Assembly (NCBI GenBank): GCA_963675295.2
Contig: CAXXKJ010000002.1
Location: forward strand, 1,312,001 to 1,376,000
Source of the DNA: a bacterium
GTDB lineage: Bacteria; Electryoneota; Electryoneia; Electryoneales; Electryoneaceae
DNA length: 64,000 bases
Direction of reading: 5' to 3'
Shown here: positions 8,664 to 19,118 of the stretch, piece after piece
Position numbering within the stretch: position 1 is the stretch's first letter
Layout: every line of letters starts with the position of its first letter
The notes under the pieces: generated by a model
Databases searched by the model: none
What the model was told of the DNA's origin: nothing
What the model saw: only the letters and a program-made list of their open reading frames with translations
Position numbers and translations under genes: made by a program

Positions 8664-9851
8664 ATGAGATTGACAGTTCTAGCCTTTGTCTGTATTGCCT
8701 TTTGCTCGCTTGCCGTGCTCACCTCATGCGATGACTCTGCACCAACAGGCCCGGATCAGGACGCGCTCGGTGCGATTTACGGTGACACCAGCTGGGTGCG
8801 TGCGATTGAGCATGTCAGCGGCTCATTGTGGCCGCGTGCGATGGTTCAGGCGCATGACAATGGCTTCGTGATCGTGGGGCTTGGCGGCGTGGCCAATGAC
8901 ACCAGCCACGGCTTCATCCTCAAGGTCGACGACGAAGGGTATCCGCTGTGGTATTACGATGTCGGGTTCGGTGTGCAGGATATCGTGCAACATCCGAGCG
9001 GCGGCTACGCGATCGTCGGCAATTCCGCCAACCCGGAGATCAAAGTGTACCTCCTTTCGGCAAGCGCCGAGGTGCAATGGAGCCATACCGTGCCGGGGAA
9101 ATACGGCAGCGGCGTGGCAATAGGCGGCTACGGCGAAGTGCTGTTCACCGGCACATCCACCGGCGGCCGGGTGATGCAGGGCAGTATCAGCGCGGACGGA
9201 GTGCAGCGCTGGGTGCGGGAGTACGAAACACTGAGCAACGATGACCGCGGGATCAGTGTCGCGGCGCATGGCACCGGCAGCGTGATCACCGGAGAACTAC
9301 GCAACCAGGAACTGGGCCAGCGGGAAATCCTGCTGCTCGAGACGGACGACGACGGCAACGAGCTGCAACGGACAACGTTCGGCGAGTTCCTCGGTGACAC
9401 CGGGTACCGGATCCGTTCTCTGGACGACCAGAGTATCGTGATCGCGGGCAGCATGTACATGTTCAACACCGACAGCAAGGAAGCAGCCGTCCTGCAGATC
9501 AGCCAGGGTTTCGAGGAAGTGTTCACCACCACGTTCAGCGGCAACAGTGGGGATGACTACGCGTTCGACATGATTGTCCGCAACCAGACCGTGGTGATTG
9601 CCGGGGATGCGGACTCTGAACTGCTTCTCGCCTGCGTTAACCTGAAAGACGGGGCCGTGGAGTGGAAAAAGACGTACATCGGCGCGCACGATGGCCGCGC
9701 CATCGCCAAACATCCACTCGGCGGGCTGGTCGCCGCCGGTAGTTCAGACTACGACGGTGATACCCAGAACGAGATTTACCTGTTCCGCTGCTACTCGGAC
9801 GGGAAAATGGACAAGGAGGGCGTCTTCGTCAATCTGACGCCTGTGCAGTGA
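8664..9851 (+). CDS. Beta-propeller lipoprotein
   Basis: Lipobox-like LTSC; repeated blades (DxxGxxxW, GGY/F-x-IxG). Confidence 0.75.
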   Translation: MRLTVLAFVCIAFCSLAVLTSCDDSAPTGPDQDALGAIYGDTSWVRAIEHVSGSLWPRAMVQAHDNGFVIVGLGGVANDTSHGFILKVDDEGYPLWYYDVGFGVQDIVQHPSGGYAIVGNSANPEIKVYLLSASAEVQWSHTVPGKYGSGVAIGGYGEVLFTGTSTGGRVMQGSISADGVQRWVREYETLSNDDRGISVAAHGTGSVITGELRNQELGQREILLLETDDDGNELQRTTFGEFLGDTGYRIRSLDDQSIVIAGSMYMFNTDSKEAAVLQISQGFEEVFTTTFSGNSGDDYAFDMIVRNQTVVIAGDADSELLLACVNLKDGAVEWKKTYIGAHDGRAIAKHPLGGLVAAGSSDYDGDTQNEIYLFRCYSDGKMDKEGVFVNLTPVQ

Positions 9852-9871
9852 CACGGCCATGCCAGATGCAC

Positions 9872-9897
9872 AACGCCCCCGCAATGCAGGGGCGTTT
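9872..9897. terminator. Hairpin between convergent genes
   Basis: AACGCCCCCGCAATGCAGGGGCGTT. Confidence 0.6.
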
Positions 9898-9941
9898 GAG
9901 TTTTGCGATGTAAGGACAAGACAGCATCCGGGGACCCGCTG

Positions 9942-11606
9942 TCACTTCGCGGCGTTCCGGACGACATGCCGCGCCTCACGGACACGGTACAGCAACGTGT
10001 CGCCGTCCTCGTCGATGAAGTACATCCGTCCTTCACGATCGGGCCGCACACGGATCCGTTCCAAGCTCCGATCACCACGGCCGTCCCGGACCACCAGCCG
10101 TAACGCTTCGCCGGTGAGCACCGTGTCGCCGTTGACATAGGCGCGAATCAGCCGCCCGTCCGAACTGTCCCCGACCGCGATCAGCAGGTCACCAATTTCG
10201 TCGGTATCGCCGGAATAAACGGTTTCAGCTTGCTCGCCGGAAATCAGGATCGTCTGGTCGCCGGTTGCTTTTAGCACACGGATCACCCGGCCGTCGTTGG
10301 TGTAGTAAACATTGACGCTGTCCGTGCCGAACGAGTCCGCCTGCATACTCTCCAGCGCTACTATCCAGCTCGGCGGTTCCGGTTCCACGGGCTCGACCTC
10401 TGGTGCCGGCTCGGCTGGAAACGCTTCTTCAACAGGTTGTGCCTCGACCACCTCCGGCGCCTCAGGAGCGTCCGGGAATGCGTGCCGCACCGGTTCGGCG
10501 GAGACGGCAGGTAGCCGTGACGCGTGCGAGGAGTCAACAATCGGCGTCGCGACCAGCGCGGAACTCAGGACGAGCACAGCGGCGACCGAGCTCAGCAACA
10601 ACAGGGTGCGTTTTGTGGACATGATCGGTCTCCGTGTGTTCAGCAGCTGCTGAATGCGTGGCAGCAGTTGTGAGGAGTTGTGGCTCAGTGCGGCGGACGC
10701 TCCGGCGTAGGATGGATGCGACCCGGCGCGGGTGAGGAATTCAGCGTACGGCAGGGGGGAGGTGTGATGCCGGGTCACCTCAGCGTCGCAGGCCTGTTCC
10801 GCCAGCAACGAGATTCGCCGGACCACCATCCAGACCAGTGGCTGCGGCCACAGGACCACCTTCAGCAGCGCGGCCAGCAGCTTGCTGCGGGTGTCGTGCC
10901 GCCGGAAATGCGCCAGCTCATGTTCGATCGCGAACTGGATTTCGTGGACGCTGCCTCTATGCAGCAACGCCGCCGGGAGCAGGATCGCCGGCCGAATCCA
11001 ACCAGCGAGGATCGGGGATGGCAGCTCGTCGGACACGAGAATCCGCACCTGCGTCGGAATGGATACCGTGGATTCGAAACGCGCCCACTCGTCATCCCGC
11101 AACGGGCGGGAGCGGTGGACCAACACCTGCACACGTGCCATCCCGAACAGCAGCCGTGCCGCTAGGAACAGGGCTCCGGCGGAGTAGATCAGCAGCGCCA
11201 GCAACGGCAGCCACTCGCTCCACACGATCCCGGCCTGCGGGAACGTTGACGGTGTAAGATGCACCAAACGGGGTGTGGTCGCGAACTGGACGTTCAGCGG
11301 GGATGCGGTGTCCACTACACGTGCCAGCGACACCGGTTCGGCGTGTGAAATAACCGGCAATGTTGGGTTGAACAGGGCCAGTTTCATCGGCGCCAGCAGA
11401 CGCCCGGCATACGGCAGCAACGGCACCGCGAACAGGCTGATCAGCAGCTGCCGGTGGCGGTCGGCGGGGTGGACATGCTTCGCAACCAACCGCTCAATCA
11501 GCAGCACAGCTGCGAGGAACACGGAGCTTTGGATCGCCAGAATCAGCAGCCAGCGTGCGGCATTCGCGACGAACGGATCGCGCGTAAGGTCGAACAAGGC
11601 GTGCAT
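9942..11606 (-). CDS. BlaR1/MecR1-family M56 metallopeptidase signal transducer
   Basis: SPILAGWIRPAILLP, HELAHFRRHD, WPQPLVW, EQACD; Pro/Glu-rich linker and extracellular tail without a penicillin-binding domain. Confidence 0.9.
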   Translation of the reverse strand: MHALFDLTRDPFVANAARWLLILAIQSSVFLAAVLLIERLVAKHVHPADRHRQLLISLFAVPLLPYAGRLLAPMKLALFNPTLPVISHAEPVSLARVVDTASPLNVQFATTPRLVHLTPSTFPQAGIVWSEWLPLLALLIYSAGALFLAARLLFGMARVQVLVHRSRPLRDDEWARFESTVSIPTQVRILVSDELPSPILAGWIRPAILLPAALLHRGSVHEIQFAIEHELAHFRRHDTRSKLLAALLKVVLWPQPLVWMVVRRISLLAEQACDAEVTRHHTSPLPYAEFLTRAGSHPSYAGASAALSHNSSQLLPRIQQLLNTRRPIMSTKRTLLLLSSVAAVLVLSSALVATPIVDSSHASRLPAVSAEPVRHAFPDAPEAPEVVEAQPVEEAFPAEPAPEVEPVEPEPPSWIVALESMQADSFGTDSVNVYYTNDGRVIRVLKATGDQTILISGEQAETVYSGDTDEIGDLLIAVGDSSDGRLIRAYVNGDTVLTGEALRLVVRDGRGDRSLERIRVRPDREGRMYFIDEDGDTLLYRVREARHVVRNAAK

Positions 11607-11607
11607 T

Positions 11608-12000
11608 TCACTTTCCTCCTCGTTCGTACTCGTCCAGCAGACGGCGGATCTCGGTCAGTTCGTTTTCGCTGATCCGTTCCGAATCGAGCAGCGCCGCGAC
11701 CAAGTCCTGCGCTGAGCCCTGGAACGCCCTCCCGAGCAAATCGCCAAGCATCTGGTGACGCGCCTGCTGCTGCTGCACCACCGCACGGTAGAGGTAGCCG
11801 CGCCCGGCCTTCTCCCGCTCCACCTGCTGCTTCTTCAACAGGATCGAGAGGACTTTGCGGATCGACCCGTCGCTGAGATCACGGTTGCGCTCGGCGAGCG
11901 CGGACTGCAGGTCTTCGGTCGTCATCTCGCCATGTGTCCACAGCAGCTGCATGAACTCGAGTTCGACCTGGGTCAGTGTGGGTGAGGTTTTTCGCGCCAT
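11608..12000 (-). CDS. BlaI/MecI/CopY-family repressor
   Basis: LTQVELEFMQLLW, VEREKAGRGYLY, FQGSAQDLVAALL; directly upstream of the M56 gene. Confidence 0.9.
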   Translation of the reverse strand: MARKTSPTLTQVELEFMQLLWTHGEMTTEDLQSALAERNRDLSDGSIRKVLSILLKKQQVEREKAGRGYLYRAVVQQQQARHQMLGDLLGRAFQGSAQDLVAALLDSERISENELTEIRRLLDEYERGGK

Positions 12001-12107
12001 CGGTATGTCTCGGTTTGAAGCGTCTACAGGTTCCTGGCCTGATGCCACTCGAAGCCCCGGAATGGATCGCTACTCGGCAAGACCGCGTAAGCGGTCAAAC
12101 GGTTATC

Positions 12108-12179
12108 CGAGAATTCCTTCTCGCATAGTTTAGGGAGTAGAAATCGCGAGCGCAAGACTCTCGCGAGAATTCTTTCTCG
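12108..12179 (-). promoter_or_regulatory. Promoter flanked by two palindromic operators
   Basis: CGAGAA-N4-TTCTCG at 12108-12123 and 12164-12179; on the minus strand TTGCGC(12155-12150)-17 nt-TAAACT(12132-12127). Confidence 0.7.
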
Positions 12180-12319
12180 TGACACTCCTGGAGGGGGAAC
12201 TGGTTCCCCTCTGCTCGGTTGGTCTCACTCTCGTCTCCTTGCATTCTCTCACCTCAAGCAGTAGTCTCAGCGAAACCTGAAACAGGCTTTGTAGCGTTGT
12301 CTCATACGCGAGGAATGCG

Positions 12320-13492
12320 ATGAAGATTCATGAGTATCAGGCGAAGGAGTTGCTCCGCCGGTACGGTGTCGCGGTGCCGGATGGCAAGGTTGCGTCGACG
12401 CCGGAAGAGGTGGAAGCAATCGCGCGTGAAATGGGCGGTGTCTCGGTAGTGAAAGCCCAAATTCATGCGGGCGGACGTGGCAAGGGCGGCGGCGTGAAAG
12501 TCTGCAAGACGCCGGAAGATGCCCGCGCGGCTGGGGACGCGATTCTCGGCATGCAGCTGGTGACGCACCAGACTGGTCCGGAAGGCCAGAAGGTGAAGAA
12601 GGTGTGGGTGGAGAAGGGCTCCAACATCAAGAAGGAGTACTACGCCGGCCTCACCCTCGACCGTGAAAAGGTTCGTGACACCTTCATGGTCAGCACCGAA
12701 GGCGGCATGGAGATCGAGAAAGTCGCGGCGGAAACCCCGGAAAAAATCATCAAGGTTGCGATTGATCCGGCGTTCGGGCTACAGGCATTCCAGGCGACGC
12801 AACTCGCGTTCGCGCTCGGGCTCGAGGGCAAGTCGGTGCGCAAGGCGGCCAGCTTCTTCATGAGCCTGTACAAGGCGTACACCGAGTCGGATGCGTCCCT
12901 CGCCGAGATCAACCCGCTCGTGCTGACGGAAGAGGGCGACATCATCGCGCTCGACGCGAAGATCAATTTTGACGACAACGCGATGTACCGTCACAAGGAT
13001 ATCGCCGAATGGCGTGACCTGGACGAAGAGGACCCAGCGGAAGTCGAGGCGAGCGAATTCGACCTCAACTTCATCAAGCTGGATGGCAACGTCGGCTGCA
13101 TGGTCAACGGTGCCGGCCTCGCAATGGCGACGATGGACATCATCAAGTATTCCGGCGGCGATCCGGCGAACTTCCTCGATGTCGGCGGCGGCGCGAACGC
13201 GGAATCGGTCCGCAACGCATTCCGCATCATCCTCAAGGACCCGAACGTCAAGGCCGTGCTGATCAACATCTTCGGCGGGATCGTGCGTTGCGACCGTGTC
13301 GCGCAGGGCATCATCGATGCGTTGAGCGGCGGCGAGGTTGAGGTGAACGTTCCGGTCGTTGTGCGTCTCGAGGGCACGAACGCGGACATCGCGGCGGACA
13401 TGCTGAACAACGCCCCGCTGAGCTTCATCGTCGCGGAGAACCTGAAGGATGCGGCCGAAAAGGTCGTTGCAGCCGCGAAGGAGGTGGCCTGA
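12320..13492 (+). CDS. sucC: Succinyl-CoA synthetase beta subunit
   Basis: [58 protein letters not shown]. Confidence 0.97.
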   Translation: MKIHEYQAKELLRRYGVAVPDGKVASTPEEVEAIAREMGGVSVVKAQIHAGGRGKGGGVKVCKTPEDARAAGDAILGMQLVTHQTGPEGQKVKKVWVEKGSNIKKEYYAGLTLDREKVRDTFMVSTEGGMEIEKVAAETPEKIIKVAIDPAFGLQAFQATQLAFALGLEGKSVRKAASFFMSLYKAYTESDASLAEINPLVLTEEGDIIALDAKINFDDNAMYRHKDIAEWRDLDEEDPAEVEASEFDLNFIKLDGNVGCMVNGAGLAMATMDIIKYSGGDPANFLDVGGGANAESVRNAFRIILKDPNVKAVLINIFGGIVRCDRVAQGIIDALSGGEVEVNVPVVVRLEGTNADIAADMLNNAPLSFIVAENLKDAAEKVVAAAKEVA

Positions 13493-14364
13493 TGTCGATT
13501 CTCGTAAATAAGGACACACGCGTGGTGGTGCAGGGCATCACCGGCGGCGAGGGAACATTCCACGCGACGCAGATGATCGAGTACGGGACGAATGTCGTTT
13601 CCGGCGTCACCCCGGGCAAGGGTGGCACGATGCACCTTGACCGTCCGGTCTTCAACAGCGTCGCCGAAGCAGTCGAGGAAACAGGCGCGAACTGCTCCGT
13701 GATCTTCGTCCCGCCACCGTTCGCGGCGGACGGCATCATGGAAGCGATCGACGCCGGTGTCGACCTCGTTATCTGCATCACCGAGGGCATTCCGGCAGCG
13801 GACATGCTCAAGGTGCACCGCAAGCTCGAGCTGTCGAACACACGGCTGGTCGGCCCGAACTGTCCGGGCGTGATCACGCCGGGCCAAGCGAAGGTCGGCA
13901 TCATGCCGGCATTCATCCACAAGCCGGGCAGCATCGGCCTCATCAGCCGTTCAGGCACGTTGACCTACGAAGCCGTGCACCAGCTCGTCGGTGTCGGCCT
14001 CGGCCAGTCGACCGCGCTCGGAATCGGCGGCGACCCGGTCATCGGCACGACGTTCGTGGACGCGCTGAAGTTGTTCAAGGACGATCCGGAGACCGAAGGT
14101 GTGGTGCTGATCGGTGAAATCGGCGGCAACGCTGAGGAGCTGGCGGCGGAGTACATCAAGAAGGAATTCAACAAGCCGGTGGTGTCGTTCATCGCTGGCG
14201 CGACTGCCCCTCCGGGACGTCGCATGGGCCACGCCGGCGCGATCATTTCCGGCGGCAAGGGCACCGCGGCCGACAAGAAGGCGGCGTTGAAGGCGGCGGG
14301 GATTCATGTCTCCGACACGCCCGCGTTGCTCGGCCAGACGATGCTCGAGGCGCTCGGCCGGTAA
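13492..14364 (+). CDS. sucD: Succinyl-CoA synthetase alpha subunit
   Basis: [35 protein letters not shown] (phospho-His). Confidence 0.97.
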   Translation: MSILVNKDTRVVVQGITGGEGTFHATQMIEYGTNVVSGVTPGKGGTMHLDRPVFNSVAEAVEETGANCSVIFVPPPFAADGIMEAIDAGVDLVICITEGIPAADMLKVHRKLELSNTRLVGPNCPGVITPGQAKVGIMPAFIHKPGSIGLISRSGTLTYEAVHQLVGVGLGQSTALGIGGDPVIGTTFVDALKLFKDDPETEGVVLIGEIGGNAEELAAEYIKKEFNKPVVSFIAGATAPPGRRMGHAGAIISGGKGTAADKKAALKAAGIHVSDTPALLGQTMLEALGR

Positions 14365-14386
14365 GCAGTTCCCACAGAACGATCAC

Positions 14387-14417
14387 AGCCCGTCACGGTT
14401 TCCGTGGCGGGCTTTTT
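14387..14417 (+). terminator. sucCD terminator
   Basis: AGCCCGTCACGG-ttt-CCGTGGCGGGCTTTTT. Confidence 0.85.
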
Positions 14418-14438
14418 GGTGCACTTCTTATCGTTGAT

Positions 14439-14768
14439 CTAGTCGAGATAGTCCAGCAACACGCTTCGAAGTGGTTCAAGCTTGTTCTCAACAACGTCCC
14501 ATACAAGTTCGTAATCCACGCCAAAATATTCGTGACTGATCATATTCCGGAAGGCGATCAGCTTGCGCCATTCGATCTGTAGTAGTTCGTTTCGTATCTC
14601 ATCCGGAACATTCCGAGCGGCTTCGCCGAGTACTTCCAGATTGCGCAAGATGGCATCCCGGGGCAGGAAATCGCGGAGAAACTGTTCCCAGTCGCAGTCT
14701 GCACGGATCATCAAGACCTTGTCTATGGCTTGCACCATATCGAGTAGATACAGAGTACCGTCACGCGT
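14439..14768 (-). CDS. HEPN/DUF86 (HepT-like) RNase toxin; start uncertain (ACG at the expected position)
   Basis: LYLLDM, LEVLGEAA, WRKLIAFRNMISHEYFGVD (RX4H intact). Confidence 0.8.
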   Translation of the reverse strand, partial: TRDGTLYLLDMVQAIDKVLMIRADCDWEQFLRDFLPRDAILRNLEVLGEAARNVPDEIRNELLQIEWRKLIAFRNMISHEYFGVDYELVWDVVENKLEPLRSVLLDYLD

Positions 14769-15060
14769 ACAGCAGATCGGGCTCAATGAACGGGAACATT
14801 CGATCTTTAACGGCCGGTTTTGTGACCAGATCAACACGCCGTTTGAAATGGTCTTCAAGTTCGAATTTCAGGTTCATGTACCCATCAAACGTGGTTGGGT
14901 CCATTTCAATCAGGATATCAATGTCGCTAGTCGAATTGTGTTCATCGCGGGCATAAGAGCCAAAAAGTGCGACGCTGACAACTCCATAGTCCCGCCTCCA
15001 GCGTTCCTTGGAATGCCTGATGTAATTCAGGATTTCCTCTTGCGCCAATCGGGTTTCCAT
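14761..15060 (-). CDS. Minimal nucleotidyltransferase (MntA-like) antitoxin
   Basis: LFGSYARDE...SDIDIL, RVDLVT; overlaps the HEPN gene. Confidence 0.9.
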   Translation of the reverse strand: METRLAQEEILNYIRHSKERWRRDYGVVSVALFGSYARDEHNSTSDIDILIEMDPTTFDGYMNLKFELEDHFKRRVDLVTKPAVKDRMFPFIEPDLLYA

Positions 15061-15192
15061 CTCAGCGATCCCACATTTCTGACCGTCAACTCTCACAGGG
15101 AAAGTAGCAATGTGTGGTTTTGTCCTGCAAACAAAGATTCAGCTCTACGAACATGTCTGTGTGTTGGAGCATCCTAATCCGGCAAATTAGAA

Positions 15193-15223
15193 CGGGGACA
15201 GCCACCATCGGTGACTGTCCCCG
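15193..15223. repeat. CGGGGACA...TGTCCCCG palindrome (likely also a terminator)
   Basis: Same arms at about 39699, 45449 and 57906. Confidence 0.65.
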
Positions 15224-15268
15224 CTACATTCCAAACGAGGGACGAAAGACCAGAGACGAGAGACTGCC

Positions 15269-16633
15269 TCACTTCACCAGCGTCAGCTTTTGCAGTTCGG
15301 CTAGCTTGCCGGGTGCTTGTACGTGCAGGAAGTAGGTCCCGCTAGCGAGCTCGGCGGCGTCGAAGGTGAAGGTGTGTTCGCCGGCAGAAAGCTGTCCATC
15401 GGCCAGGCGTGCGACTTCCTGCCCCATGACGTTGAACACCCGGATGGTGACAGCGGTCGCCGTTGGCAGCGTCACCGCGACTTGCGTGGACGCGTTGAAC
15501 GGGTTCGGGTAAACCGCCTGAACGCGATAGTCGGTTGGTGTCGCGTCGTCGTAATCGACATTCGTCGCCATCTCGAGATAGCCGTAACCGCTCGGGATGT
15601 ATTCGAACAGGTACGGCCGTAGTTCGGACGCGCTGAGAATATCATACGGGCCGACATTTTTGGCGATAATCAACCGGTGCGTAATTGTTGCCCCAAAGAC
15701 CTGTTCCAGATGCAACGGGTACAGGATCGCGATCATCTTGTTGTTCAGTCCCTGGATCAACCGATTCTGGTTGTCCCAGTTCGGGTACGTATCGTTTTCC
15801 CCGCAGAAATAGACCATGTTCTTGTGCGGATATCGACTGAGGATGAAGCTGACGCCCTTTTCTGCCATGTACGGAACGAGGTTTTCCAAGCCGAACGGAT
15901 ACCAGTTGTATTCCGGGACATAGCTCTCGAAAAGGTTGCCGACCGCCGCAAAGCCTCCGGTGTACTGCGGGCGGCTTTCGTTCAAGTACAGGAACGCGTC
16001 GATGGTTGCAGCCAGGAACAGGACCGGCGGACGCCGTGTCAGGTGAATTCCGTCCGGATCACCGAGTTCAAATTCCTCGGGTACGCTGGTCCCGCAAGCG
16101 AAACGATGGACATACGTCCCACCGCCGGAGATGACCATCGTCTGCAGATTCGGGCAGATATCGGAGACACGGTACATCAGGCTGTCCATGTACACGAAGC
16201 TGCTGACGACTGTATCTCGCGGCGCCTCGGGCCTGGACAGACCATCGAAACCGCTGTGCCAGACACGCGGCCAGTAGGCCACGTTGGTATCTTCGAGTTC
16301 GTACTCAACGACATCGTCAATGATGAGGAACTGCAGGCCAACAATCAGCGTGGTCGCTTCCGCATCGGCGGTATCCGCCTGTGCAGCTAGGCGTTGGCCG
16401 CTGATCATGACTTCACGGGTGGTGTCCGGCACGAACAGAATCGCCCGCGTGATTTCCGGGTGGATTTCATCCAGCGAATGGGACGAAAGCATCGGGGTGC
16501 TGAGTTCGATTCCGTCGAAGTTCAACGTGTAGCGGCCATCCGGCACGTTTCCCACCGGAAACGGTTGCGCCTGCACGGATACCGTTGCGACCAGCACGAA
16601 AAGTAGAAGTAGTGTCGAGTGTCTGATTACCAT
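15269..16633 (-). CDS. Secreted alpha/beta-hydrolase-like protein with T9SS-type CTD; catalytic motif degenerate
   Basis: SD CAGGAGGA, signal peptide, paralogue of 16702-17745, YPNPFN...LASGTYF...KLTLVK. Confidence 0.8.
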   Translation of the reverse strand: MVIRHSTLLLLFVLVATVSVQAQPFPVGNVPDGRYTLNFDGIELSTPMLSSHSLDEIHPEITRAILFVPDTTREVMISGQRLAAQADTADAEATTLIVGLQFLIIDDVVEYELEDTNVAYWPRVWHSGFDGLSRPEAPRDTVVSSFVYMDSLMYRVSDICPNLQTMVISGGGTYVHRFACGTSVPEEFELGDPDGIHLTRRPPVLFLAATIDAFLYLNESRPQYTGGFAAVGNLFESYVPEYNWYPFGLENLVPYMAEKGVSFILSRYPHKNMVYFCGENDTYPNWDNQNRLIQGLNNKMIAILYPLHLEQVFGATITHRLIIAKNVGPYDILSASELRPYLFEYIPSGYGYLEMATNVDYDDATPTDYRVQAVYPNPFNASTQVAVTLPTATAVTIRVFNVMGQEVARLADGQLSAGEHTFTFDAAELASGTYFLHVQAPGKLAELQKLTLVK

Positions 16634-16701
16634 CCTGTCCTCCTGAATACAATCGATCCTGAACACCGTCGTTCCGCTTTCAAAGGGTTGATAGACATCG
16701 C

Positions 16702-17745
16702 TCAGCCATCCGTCCGGTTGTCGGGCGGTGGTGTGAAATGGAACAGCGGGTACCAAATCTCAGAGAAGTTCCAGATATTGCTGTGTCCCGCGCCCGGGAT
16801 CTCAAAAAACTGCGTGCGCGGTAAAGGGTATCCGTAGAATGCTTCGTGGACCTGGATGATAATTTTGCAGCGCATATTGTTGTTGAAGCCCTGCAATGCC
16901 ATCGGCAGGTTGTCGCTGTTCGCGCCGTTGTCGAGCGAACCGGCCAGGTGGTTGATCCAACGGTTCGGGTATTGTTCCCGGATATAATCGATACCACTTT
17001 CTGCAGCGTACTCGTTCAGGTTTTCCAGCCCGTACGGATACTCGTTGTAGTAGTCGATGGTCGTGGTGATGAGGTTGCATGGGACGCCGATCTCACCGCT
17101 CGAGCTCATCCGTTCCCGACTAACGTAAAGGAAGTTTCCGCTGTTCATCGGGGTGAACAAAATTGGCGGCAGATCCGGGTATTCGGTTGGGATCCGGGTG
17201 ACCGCCTGGTACCTGGCGATGTACTGCCCGGCCTCCGAATTGCCGCAGATGACGATGCAGTTCAGATTCGGGCAGATCTGGTCGGTCAGCACCACGAGTG
17301 AGTCGAGGAACGTGTAGCTGCTGACGAACACGTCACGCGGGGCGGCCGGAGTTGTGCGGCTTAAATTGCCATCTCCCCAGTCCTGGAAATTCCAGTAGGC
17401 GATATCGGAACCTTCCAGACCATGCGCCTGCAAGTCGTTCAACAACAGGAATTGCAGTCCAGCGTAGAACGTGGTATCGCTCACACCGGCCTGGTTGCCG
17501 GCGCCGACGACACGCTGCGCCATGTTGATGACATCACGGGGGCCGGGCGGAATGAAAATTACTGCCCGGGTCAGTTCGGGGTGAACACCGTCCAGGTCGT
17601 GGCTGGAAACATAGGGAACCGTTGTCGAATCTCCATCCACCGTCACCCAAAAGCGTCCGGGCGGGATGTGTTCAACAGGTTGCGCAAACACAGAGACGAC
17701 CATCAGTAGCAGCAGGCTCACGGCAAGGAAACCGGCTCGTTTCAT
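16702..17745 (-). CDS. Secreted alpha/beta-hydrolase-like protein (no CTD)
   Basis: Signal peptide, GNSEAGQ nucleophile elbow, YNEYPYGL, GSLD, IPGAGHS. Confidence 0.75.
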   Translation of the reverse strand: MKRAGFLAVSLLLLMVVSVFAQPVEHIPPGRFWVTVDGDSTTVPYVSSHDLDGVHPELTRAVIFIPPGPRDVINMAQRVVGAGNQAGVSDTTFYAGLQFLLLNDLQAHGLEGSDIAYWNFQDWGDGNLSRTTPAAPRDVFVSSYTFLDSLVVLTDQICPNLNCIVICGNSEAGQYIARYQAVTRIPTEYPDLPPILFTPMNSGNFLYVSRERMSSSGEIGVPCNLITTTIDYYNEYPYGLENLNEYAAESGIDYIREQYPNRWINHLAGSLDNGANSDNLPMALQGFNNNMRCKIIIQVHEAFYGYPLPRTQFFEIPGAGHSNIWNFSEIWYPLFHFTPPPDNRTDG

Positions 17746-18150
17746 AACAGCTCTCCTCGATTATTGATCGTTCTTCAACTGGTCGTACGTCATCATCATA
17801 GCCTTCTATCCAACAATCCAGAATCCAACGGAAAGAATCACAGCTCAGGCGGGCGGATGTCGTTCAACACGTCCTGCATGCGCGAGGGAGTACTCCCCGG
17901 ACCATGCTTCGCCCCCCGCGCCGCTGCGTGAAAATAGCAACATACAGTGGAACTTGTCTACTCCAAACAAACCCTGATTTCACTTCAATGCTCTCCACGG
18001 TTTCTCAGTTAAAAGCTGGGAAATCAATGATTTGGGCCAAATACTTGAAAAACCGGAACCGGAAGCTCACCGGGATCATGAAATGTGTCTCCGTTTTCTC
18101 GCTGAGTCTCGTATATTCAGCGCGAGTTCTGACATGTTCACGGAGCACAA

Positions 18151-18978
18151 ATGAGCAGCAAGGTTGGCAAGATTTTGTGGGATCTGGAACGGTTCGGATT
18201 GCCACCATCAGATAAATTCCGCGTCCGTCTGCACCCGCCCAAGGGTGCACACCCGGTGTTCGCGATCAGCATGCCGAAGTCGGGCACGCACCTGATCGAA
18301 CGCGCGCTGTGCCTGCATCCGTGGTTCTACCGCAAATTGACTGGCACGGTCAACCAGGCGAAGGTGAACAGCAACGGTCTCGCGAAATACATCCGTGGCG
18401 CGAAAGGCGGACAGTTTCTCGTCGCGCACGTGCACCATTCTCCCGAAGTCGCGAAGATCGTCAAGGACGAAGGCCTGAAGCTGCTGATCCAGGTGCGGGA
18501 CCCTCGCGATGCTCTGCTCTCCGGCATCAAGTTCAACCTGAAGCGCAAGCGCGGTGAATTCGCGAAGCAACTGGCGCAGATGAGCTCATTCGAGGAACAG
18601 TGCCGCGCCTTCTTCCACGGCACCGGCGCCAGGGGATTCGTCCCGCTGAAAGAACGCTACGAAAAGTACCGCCCATGGCTGAAAGAGGAGATCGTCATTG
18701 TCCGTTTCGAGGACCTCGTCGGCAAGCAGGGCGGTGGTAGCCGTGACGCGCAGCTCGACCTGCTGCAGCGAATGTTCGAGCACCTTGAGGCACCGTGGAC
18801 CGACAAGCTGCTGGCGCATGTCGCGGACGGCGTCTTCTCGGACAAAAGCCCGACCTTCAGCAAGGGGATGATCGGCACGTGGAAAGAGAAACTGCCCGAG
18901 TCAATGAAGGACGAGTTCAAGCAGCACGCCCAGGAGTGGCTCGTCGAATTCGGGTATGAGACCGACGACAATTGGTGA
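18151..18978 (+). CDS. PAPS-dependent sulfotransferase
   Basis: PKSGTH, RDPRDALLS, RFEDL, TFSKGMIGTWK. Confidence 0.88.
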   Translation: MSSKVGKILWDLERFGLPPSDKFRVRLHPPKGAHPVFAISMPKSGTHLIERALCLHPWFYRKLTGTVNQAKVNSNGLAKYIRGAKGGQFLVAHVHHSPEVAKIVKDEGLKLLIQVRDPRDALLSGIKFNLKRKRGEFAKQLAQMSSFEEQCRAFFHGTGARGFVPLKERYEKYRPWLKEEIVIVRFEDLVGKQGGGSRDAQLDLLQRMFEHLEAPWTDKLLAHVADGVFSDKSPTFSKGMIGTWKEKLPESMKDEFKQHAQEWLVEFGYETDDNW

Positions 18979-19118
18979 GGTTCATCTCCTCGCTCTTGTC
19001 CAATCAAACTTGATTTATCCGCAAAGGTTGTGTAATCGATAACTGTCAATGTACATTGCCAATGTAATTGAGGGACTGCGCTGTTTCGGCAGGCTGTCTG
19101 GATTATCCCGGGGGCAGT

